Shown here piece by piece: positions 57,457-64,000 of a stretch of DNA of 64,000 bases (positions within the stretch are counted from its first letter, which is position 1; each line of letters starts with the position of its first letter). The stretch comes from an uncultured Nitrospiraceae bacterium (GTDB taxonomy: Bacteria; Nitrospirota; Thermodesulfovibrionia; Thermodesulfovibrionales; Dissulfurispiraceae), in the NCBI GenBank assembly GCA_963727805.1, contig CAVSHF010000003.1, forward strand, positions 480,001 to 544,000, in the 5' to 3' direction. The notes under the pieces are model-generated. The model did no database searches, was not told the origin of the DNA, and saw only the letters and a list, made by a program, of their open reading frames with translations. The translations under genes were made by a program, and so were the position numbers.

Positions 57457-58177
57457 GGGGCCTCCCCGTGAGTTTCAGATAAGTCTCTTCAAGATTCCCG
57501 TTGTGCTGCTTCATTAAATTGGTTGGAGTATCGCTCGTCACAACCCTGCCCGAATCCATGATAGCTACCCTATCGCAGAGCTTCTCAGCTTCCTCCATAT
57601 AATGGGTCGTGAGAATGAGCGTTGTGTTGCCCGATTTCAATTGATTGAGCTTGTCCCAGACGGTGTGGCGGCTGTATGGATCGAGTCCCGTCGTGGGTTC
57701 GTCAAGTATAAGGAGTTCGGGTTGATTGACCAGTGCCCTTGCAAGGAGAAGCCGTCGTTTCATGCCTCCCGAAAGACTCTTAATGTTGACCTTTTCCTTA
57801 CCCCTCAGTTCGAAGAAATCGAGTAATTCGGCAGCCATGCCAAGAGCTTCTTTGCGCGGCATATCGAAATACCGGGCATAGGTTACGAGATTTTCAATAA
57901 CGGAAAGGTCAGGATCGAGGCTGTCATCCTGAGGCATCACGCCGATACGCGCCTTGATCTCGGCAGGCCTGCTTACGACATCCATGTCAAATACCCTGAG
58001 TTCGCCGGCAGTAGGTGGTATAAAGCAATGAATCATGCGCATCACGGTAGTCTTGCCTGCCCCGTTGGGACCGAGGAACCCGAAGCATTCACCCTGAACA
58101 ATCTCGAAGTCGATTGCGTTTACGGCACGCAGGAGCCCGTAATCTTTTACGAGGTTTCTTGCAGTGACAATATCCAT
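57446..58177 (-). CDS. ABC transporter ATP-binding protein (NodI-like)
   Basis: [36 protein letters not shown]. Confidence 0.9.
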   Translation of the reverse strand: MDIVTARNLVKDYGLLRAVNAIDFEIVQGECFGFLGPNGAGKTTVMRMIHCFIPPTAGELRVFDMDVVSRPAEIKARIGVMPQDDSLDPDLSVIENLVTYARYFDMPRKEALGMAAELLDFFELRGKEKVNIKSLSGGMKRRLLLARALVNQPELLILDEPTTGLDPYSRHTVWDKLNQLKSGNTTLILTTHYMEEAEKLCDRVAIMDSGRVVTSDTPTNLMKQHNGNLEETYLKLTGRPLEA

Positions 58178-58215
58178 ATTCTTTTCAGTATACCAGTATC
58201 CCTTTGAAGTATAAG

Positions 58216-58244
58216 AAAGGGCCGGGATGAAAGCCCGGCCCTTT
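58216..58244 (-). terminator. Rho-independent terminator after ppdK
   Basis: AAAGGGCCGGG-N7-CCCGGCCCTTT, 26 bp downstream of the ppdK stop. Confidence 0.8.
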
Positions 58245-58270
58245 GCGTCATTCTACCGTTTTTTTTTCAA

Positions 58271-60988
58271 TTACGATTTAGAGGTTTTATTGATTTTCTT
58301 CGTCATAGATTCTTTCACGACTGCCTGCGCGGCTGCTAGCCGGGCGACCGGAATCCGGTAGGGCGAGCAACTCACATAATTGAGTCCGGTCCTATGACAG
58401 AATTCGACCGATGCAGGATCGCCTCCATGCTCTCCGCAAATGCCAAGTTTAAGATTCTTCTTTACCGACCGACCTTTTTCAACAGCGATCTTCATAAGGA
58501 TGCCTACACCTTCTTGGTCAAGAGTTACAAAAGGATCATCTTTGATAATCTTGGCATCAATGTAAAACGGAAGAAACTTGCCGGCATCATCCCTAGAGAG
58601 ACCATAGGTCGTTTGGGTCAAATCGTTCGTACCGAAAGAATAAAAATCAGCATATGCGGCAATCTCGTCGGAGGTTATACAGGCTCGCGGCAGCTCGATC
58701 ATAGTGCCTACCGTGTAATCGACTTTAGTCTTGAACCGAGATTTCACCTCTTCGGCAACTTTTATAGTAAGCTCTCTTAATGCCTTAAGTTCATTCACAT
58801 GACCGACAAGGGGGATCATGATTTCGGGTACCACTTTAACCTTTCTCGTTGCAAGCTCGCAGGCCGCTTCCATAATTGCCCTCACCTGCATTTCATAAAT
58901 TTCAGGATAAGTTATGCCAAGACGGCAGCCCCTGTGGCCAAGCATAGGATTAAACTCATGTAGAAATTTGTTTTTTGTCCGAAGCTTTTCAACCGGCACG
59001 CCCATGTCTGCTGCGAGGTCATGAAACTCCTGGTCTGTGTGAGGTAGAAATTCATGAAGCGGCGGATCGAGTAACCTCACAGTGACGGGAAATCCCTTCA
59101 TCTCGGTGAAGATCCCGATGAAGTCCTTCTTCTGCATAGGGAGTAGCTTTGCGAGGGCCTTTTCTCTCTCAGGACGGGTATCAGACAAAATCATCTCCCT
59201 CACCGCTTTTATCCTTTCAGCATCAAAAAACATATGTTCGGTCCTGCACAATCCTATACCCTCTGCGCCGAATTCATAAGCTACCTGGGCATCCTTGGGC
59301 GTATCGGCATTTGCACGAACTCTTAACTTTCTCACTTCGTCTGCCCACTTCATTATAGTTTTAAAATCACCCTTAAGCAGAGGCGTGACCAGGGGCACCT
59401 GACCGAGCATGACCTCTCCTGTCGTCCCATTCAATGTGATATAATCGCCTTCCTTGACTACTGTTTCGTCATTAATAGTGAAATACTTTTCCCTTTCATG
59501 TATATCAATCGCGCCGCAACCCACAACGCAGCACTTTCCCATTCCTCTTCCGACAACAGCTGCATGGGAGGTCATACCGCCGCGGGCGGTCAATATGCCC
59601 TGAGCTGCTGCCATGCCCCCTATGTCTTCAGGCGATGTTTCGGTCCTGACCAGAATCACCTTTTCGTTCTTTGCCGCTGCCTCTTCAGCGTCTTCAGCAT
59701 TAAAGACGACCCTCCCTACTGCAGCTCCAGGAGAGGCGGGTAATCCTTTGCACATGATTTTAAAGGCAGCAGAGGGATCGATCATGGGATGAAGCAGCTG
59801 ATCGATCTGGGCAGGATCAATTCGCAACAGTGCCGTCTTTTTGTCGATTACTTTCTCGCTAACCATATCGACAGCGATTTTCAGCGCTGCAGCGGCTGTT
59901 CTTTTGCCGACCCGCGTCTGGAGCATGTAAAGCTTGCCTTCTTGCACAGTAAATTCTATGTCGAGCATATCTTTGTAATGTTTTTCGAGTTTCTGATAAA
60001 TCTTCATGAGATCGCCATACGCCTGAGGCATTGTCTTTTTGAGCTCTTCAATGTGGAGAGGCGTTCTAATGCCTGCGACGACATCTTCACCCTGGGCATT
60101 GATCAGACATTCTGCAAAGAATTTCCTCTCGCCGGTGGAAGGGTCTCTCGTAAAACCTACTCCCGTCCCCGAGTCATCGCCAATATTGCCGAATACCATC
60201 GACTGGACATTACAGGCAGTGCCGAGGTCATCAGAAATACCTTGGAGCTTCCTGTACTTTTTCGCCCTCTCGCCAAACCATGAACCGAAGACAGCGTTGA
60301 TTGCCAGTTTCAGTTGCTGGTACGGATCGACGGGGAAATTGGAAGAGGTAGCGTCTTTATAAATCCGCTTGAATTCCTCTACGACGAGCTTGAGGTCAGC
60401 AGCATCGAGGTCGGTATCTTGGCGAACGCCCTTTTCTTCTTTGAATTTATCGAGCACCTGTTCGAATTTCTGTCTGTCGATACCCATAACGATCGTGCCG
60501 AACATGGTGATAAACCTTCGGTAGGCATCGTAGCCGAACCGCTCATTATTCGTCCTCCTAATGATGCCGCCCAACGTGTCGGGATTGAGTCCAAGATTCA
60601 GGACGGTGTCCATCATGCCGGGCATTGAGAATTTAGCTCCCGAGCGGACGGAAACGAGTAGTGGATTTACGGGATCTCCAAACTTCATGCCCATCGCCTT
60701 TTCGACTCTCTTCATGTTTGTGATAACCGTGTCCCACATGCCCTCAGGATACTTCATCCTGTTTTTGAAATACTCATTGCATGCCGCGGTAGTTATTGTG
60801 AAGCCGGCAGGAACGGGCACTCCAAGATTGGTCATCTCTGCAAGGCCTGCACCCTTTCCACCAAGAAGGTCTTTCATCGCGCCGCTGCCTTCGGCCTTAC
60901 CATTTCCAAAGAAATAGATGTATTTGACGGCCTTCAAAGGTTTCTTGCGCAATGAAGTAACTTCTTTCCCTACTGCAGTCTTAGCCAT
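58271..60988 (-). CDS. ppdK: Pyruvate, phosphate dikinase
   Basis: LLGGKGAGLAEM, VSVRSGAKFSMPGMMDT, GGMTSHAAVV, GIGLCRTEHMF, GICGEHGG. Confidence 0.98.
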   Translation of the reverse strand: MAKTAVGKEVTSLRKKPLKAVKYIYFFGNGKAEGSGAMKDLLGGKGAGLAEMTNLGVPVPAGFTITTAACNEYFKNRMKYPEGMWDTVITNMKRVEKAMGMKFGDPVNPLLVSVRSGAKFSMPGMMDTVLNLGLNPDTLGGIIRRTNNERFGYDAYRRFITMFGTIVMGIDRQKFEQVLDKFKEEKGVRQDTDLDAADLKLVVEEFKRIYKDATSSNFPVDPYQQLKLAINAVFGSWFGERAKKYRKLQGISDDLGTACNVQSMVFGNIGDDSGTGVGFTRDPSTGERKFFAECLINAQGEDVVAGIRTPLHIEELKKTMPQAYGDLMKIYQKLEKHYKDMLDIEFTVQEGKLYMLQTRVGKRTAAAALKIAVDMVSEKVIDKKTALLRIDPAQIDQLLHPMIDPSAAFKIMCKGLPASPGAAVGRVVFNAEDAEEAAAKNEKVILVRTETSPEDIGGMAAAQGILTARGGMTSHAAVVGRGMGKCCVVGCGAIDIHEREKYFTINDETVVKEGDYITLNGTTGEVMLGQVPLVTPLLKGDFKTIMKWADEVRKLRVRANADTPKDAQVAYEFGAEGIGLCRTEHMFFDAERIKAVREMILSDTRPEREKALAKLLPMQKKDFIGIFTEMKGFPVTVRLLDPPLHEFLPHTDQEFHDLAADMGVPVEKLRTKNKFLHEFNPMLGHRGCRLGITYPEIYEMQVRAIMEAACELATRKVKVVPEIMIPLVGHVNELKALRELTIKVAEEVKSRFKTKVDYTVGTMIELPRACITSDEIAAYADFYSFGTNDLTQTTYGLSRDDAGKFLPFYIDAKIIKDDPFVTLDQEGVGILMKIAVEKGRSVKKNLKLGICGEHGGDPASVEFCHRTGLNYVSCSPYRIPVARLAAAQAVVKESMTKKINKTSKS

Positions 60989-61196
60989 GGATACCCTCCT
61001 GCGAATGTATTAATATTTAATTTAATTCTAATGTGGTCTTCAATTTTATCCTACATTCCCAAAAAATTCAAGGAATTCCTACAGGAAGTCCCGCAGCAAC
61101 AACTGTTTCTTACCCCCCCCCGATTAGCCTTTCGATTTAAATTATTCAAAGACACCGCTATGCGTATCAGCCGATATGCCGGCCACTTGATCATCC

Positions 61197-61225
61197 TTTA
61201 CAAACACGGAGCCAGAGGGTAGAAT
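61197..61225 (+). promoter_or_regulatory. Sigma70-type promoter, probably leaderless nadE transcript
   Basis: TTTACA-N17-TAGAAT, 6 nt before ATG 61232, no SD. Confidence 0.5.
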
Positions 61226-61231
61226 CAATAA

Positions 61232-62977
61232 ATGAAGAAAGTGCGAATAGCCCTCTGCCAGATCAATCCAACAGTCGGTGACCTCAAAGGTAATGTCAAA
61301 AAGATAGTGAATCGGATCAATGACTTGGAAGCCTACCTGCCGGATATTATCGCATTCCCTGAATTAGCGGTTACCGGCTATCCACCCGAAGACCTGCTTC
61401 TGAATCCGCACTTTATTGACGACAATCTCGCTGCTCTTAAAGAGATACAAAAAGCGGTTGGTAATTCGGTTGTAATTGTCGGCTTCGTTGACAAGAACGA
61501 TGATATCTATAACGCCGCCGCGGTAATCCATCAGGGGAAATTGGTCGATGTCTACCATAAAATCCATCTGCCTAACTACGGCGTGTTTGATGAAGTCCGC
61601 TACTTTAAACCGGGGAATCGCTATCCTGTTTACAAAATGGGCAGTACAAAATTCGGTATCAATATTTGCGAGGACATCTGGTACTCGGATGGTCCCGCCG
61701 CTGTACAGGCGATGAACGGCGCTGAATTCATCATAAATATCAATGCATCTCCTTATCACATGGGGAAGTCGGGCACAAGGATCAAGATGCTCTCGACACA
61801 GGCATCCGATAATGGCGTTGTCATCGCCTATCTCAATACGGTTGGCGGCCAGGATGAACTCGTTTTTGACGGTCATAGCTTTGTCATTAATGAAAAAGCT
61901 GAAATTCTTGCTGAGGGAAGGCGTTTCGAAGAACAAGACATCATAGTCGATCTGGCTATCGAAGAACTCTGCACGAAGAGACTCCATGCAGCTTGCAAGC
62001 GAGAGACTAATGGATTCCGGCATGTGCAGATTGATGAGGTTTTTATAAACCGGACTCCTCAGGTAAGCGAAAACGTCATTATTCCCTCGCATTTTCTTGA
62101 CAGGTCTTCGTCCGACGCAGCGCCGGCCGCCGATGCGACAGTGTACAAGGCGCTCGTCCTCGGTACACGCGATTACATAACGAAAAACGGGTTCAAGAAG
62201 GTATGTATTGGCTTGAGCGGTGGTATCGATTCATCGATAGTGGCAGCAATTGCCGCAGATGCCATCGGCAAGGATAATGTCACTGGCATTTTCATGCCGT
62301 CGCCCTATACTTCATCATCAAGTAGGGAAGATGCATACGCATTGGCAACCAATCTTGCAATAAAAATTATAGAGATGCCGATCACGCCTATTTTTGATGT
62401 CTACCTCGAATCGTTCAGACCAGAATTCAGGGATTCATCTCCAGGGACCGCTGAGGAAAATCTCCAGGCCCGTATAAGAGGGACCATTCTTATGGGTTTA
62501 TCGAACAAGTTCGGATGGCTTGTGCTGACCACCGGCAATAAGTCGGAAATGAGCGTCGGGTATGCGACACTTTACGGTGACATGGCAGGCGGTTTCGCCC
62601 CGATAAAGGACGTCCCAAAGACTCTTGTCTTCAGGCTGAGTGCATGGAAAAACGAGAGTTGTGGAAAGATCATCATTCCCGAAAGAGTACTGACGAAAGA
62701 GCCTACCGCTGAATTGAAACTAGACCAAAAAGATAGTGACAGTCTACCCCCTTATGATGTCCTGGATCCAATCCTCAAGGCTTATATCGAGGACGACAAA
62801 AGTTATGAAGAGATATTGAATCTTGGCTTCGACAGCGAAGACGCCAAAAGGGTTATCATGATGGTCGACAAGAGCGAATACAAGAGAAGGCAATCACCTC
62901 CGGGAATCAAGATTACTCCGCGTGCCTTCGGGAGAGACAGAAGATTTCCGATTACCAATAAATACAGGAGTTGCTGA
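61232..62977 (+). CDS. nadE: Glutamine-dependent NAD+ synthetase
   Basis: Nitrilase domain (FPEL..GYPPED, ICEDIW) plus GLSGGIDS, ENLQARIR, TGNKSE. Confidence 0.96.
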   Translation: MKKVRIALCQINPTVGDLKGNVKKIVNRINDLEAYLPDIIAFPELAVTGYPPEDLLLNPHFIDDNLAALKEIQKAVGNSVVIVGFVDKNDDIYNAAAVIHQGKLVDVYHKIHLPNYGVFDEVRYFKPGNRYPVYKMGSTKFGINICEDIWYSDGPAAVQAMNGAEFIININASPYHMGKSGTRIKMLSTQASDNGVVIAYLNTVGGQDELVFDGHSFVINEKAEILAEGRRFEEQDIIVDLAIEELCTKRLHAACKRETNGFRHVQIDEVFINRTPQVSENVIIPSHFLDRSSSDAAPAADATVYKALVLGTRDYITKNGFKKVCIGLSGGIDSSIVAAIAADAIGKDNVTGIFMPSPYTSSSSREDAYALATNLAIKIIEMPITPIFDVYLESFRPEFRDSSPGTAEENLQARIRGTILMGLSNKFGWLVLTTGNKSEMSVGYATLYGDMAGGFAPIKDVPKTLVFRLSAWKNESCGKIIIPERVLTKEPTAELKLDQKDSDSLPPYDVLDPILKAYIEDDKSYEEILNLGFDSEDAKRVIMMVDKSEYKRRQSPPGIKITPRAFGRDRRFPITNKYRSC

Positions 62978-63051
62978 TTATGACAATTCTAATGAGCTCT
63001 ACCAGACGGACCTCTGCCTGCGAAAACTCCTCAAAATAGGATATTCAGATC

Positions 63052-63882
63052 ATGGCAGCGGGAAAACTGTATATTGTCGCCACTCCTGTCGGTAATCTTG
63101 AAGATATAACGCTAAGGGCCCTCAGAATATTGAAAGAGGTAGACCTTATTGCAGCTGAAGACACGCGGCATTCACTGAAGCTGCTTAATCATTACGGTAT
63201 AGCGAAACCGCTTATCAGTTACTGGTCGGAAAAAGAGAAGATGAAGGCGGGGGAAATCCTCGGGAAATTGCACACGGGACTCTCCGTGGCCCTTATTTCA
63301 GATGCTGGCACGCCGGGAATCTCGGACCCCGGCTCCGTTCTGATCAAAAGGGCTGTCGAAGAAAAGATCGATATTATACCGATTCCTGGACCATCAGCAT
63401 TTATCTCCGCTCTTTCGGTCGCGGGACTTCCCACAGAAGAATTTACCTTTTTGGGCTTCCTTCCTTCAAAGGGCGGACAGCGTCTAAAACGCCTAACTGA
63501 ATTGAAACACGAGACGAGAACACTCATCTTTTATGAAGCGCCTCACCGCCTCATGAAGGTATTATCCGATATGATTGAAATTTTTGGTGAAAGAAGAGCG
63601 GCCCTTGCAAAGGAGATTACCAAGTTTCACGAAGAAGTCCTAAGGGGGACCATTCCCGAAATTATCCAGGCACTCGAAACCCGGATGATCGCCGGCGAGT
63701 ACGTGATCATCGTTGAGGGGTTTCATAAGGAGAGATTGACTATCGAAGAGGCATTATCCGAAGTAAACTCATTGATGAAAAAAGGCCTGGGAAGAAAAGA
63801 GGCGGTGAAGACTGTTTCTGAGGGTTATGGAATCAGCAAAAAAGAACTTTACGACAAAAGCCTTTCTCTCAATACCACATAA
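63052..63882 (+). CDS. rsmI: 16S rRNA (cytidine(1402)-2'-O)-methyltransferase
   Basis: LYIVATPVGNLEDIT, AAEDTR, SDAGTPGISDPG, FYEAPHR, EITKFHEE. Confidence 0.96.
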   Translation: MAAGKLYIVATPVGNLEDITLRALRILKEVDLIAAEDTRHSLKLLNHYGIAKPLISYWSEKEKMKAGEILGKLHTGLSVALISDAGTPGISDPGSVLIKRAVEEKIDIIPIPGPSAFISALSVAGLPTEEFTFLGFLPSKGGQRLKRLTELKHETRTLIFYEAPHRLMKVLSDMIEIFGERRAALAKEITKFHEEVLRGTIPEIIQALETRMIAGEYVIIVEGFHKERLTIEEALSEVNSLMKKGLGRKEAVKTVSEGYGISKKELYDKSLSLNTT

Positions 63883-64000
63883 TTTTCTCGAAATCAGGCG
63901 ATGGTACGGTTACGATAATATGGCCCCTCCAAGGATAGCGCTCCATGCTTTTTTCGGTCAAGGAGGCGACTTCCGCGTCTGGTATTAATGTTCCGCCATT
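63869..64000 (-). CDS. 3' end of an unidentified gene entering from outside the window
   Basis: Open frame from 64000: NGGTLIPDAEVASLTEKSMERYPWRGHIIVTVPSPDFEKIMWY then TGA. Confidence 0.45.
   Translation of the reverse strand, partial: NGGTLIPDAEVASLTEKSMERYPWRGHIIVTVPSPDFEKIMWY

Noticed and set aside
56701..58177. Nod factor export system
   Set aside because: NodIJ-like ABC-2 pairs are widespread and no nodABC genes are present in the window
62969..62990. C-terminal Sec in NadE (RSC-TGA)
   Set aside because: NadE homology ends here, another stop follows within two codons and no SECIS-like hairpin was seen
1..64000. tRNA (including tRNA-Sec), rRNA, CRISPR array, prophage or defence system
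   Set aside because: None recognised on reading the intergenic regions; a covariance-model scan would be needed to exclude small RNAs

Overview
Core-chromosome window from an anaerobic diderm bacterium. The gene set and protein style suggest Nitrospirota (Thermodesulfovibrionia-like) or Desulfobacterota; this is inference only. The ORF track splits or truncates two selenoproteins, each with an in-frame UGA and a downstream SECIS-like hairpin: SelD (2858-3907) and a 903-aa formate dehydrogenase alpha subunit (17277-19988). The FDH lies in a NuoE-like/NuoF-like/FdhF/fhs cluster with the hallmarks of an electron-bifurcating, NAD-linked formate/CO2 module. An intact IS3-family element (3916-5198) sits 8 bp upstream of selD, separating it from its promoter and cutting a short leader ORF that would have ended in an ATGA overlap with selD. 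A 28-bp dif site (36959-36986) with converging KOPS-like octamers suggests the replication terminus. 39664-55028 is an ABC-transporter-dependent surface polysaccharide locus with three methyltransferase domains, an O-acyltransferase, a decayed rmlD and a MarR-like/UpxY regulatory head. Other points: a UvrA lacking most of its insertion domain, a 7-POTRA Omp85 next to TamB, and a recurrent leaderless-promoter pattern. The rest is housekeeping (ilvBN, dapB, glnD, proS, mtaB, miaB, ppdK, nadE, rsmI). No rRNA, tRNA or CRISPR array was recognised. All calls are by eye, without database searches.
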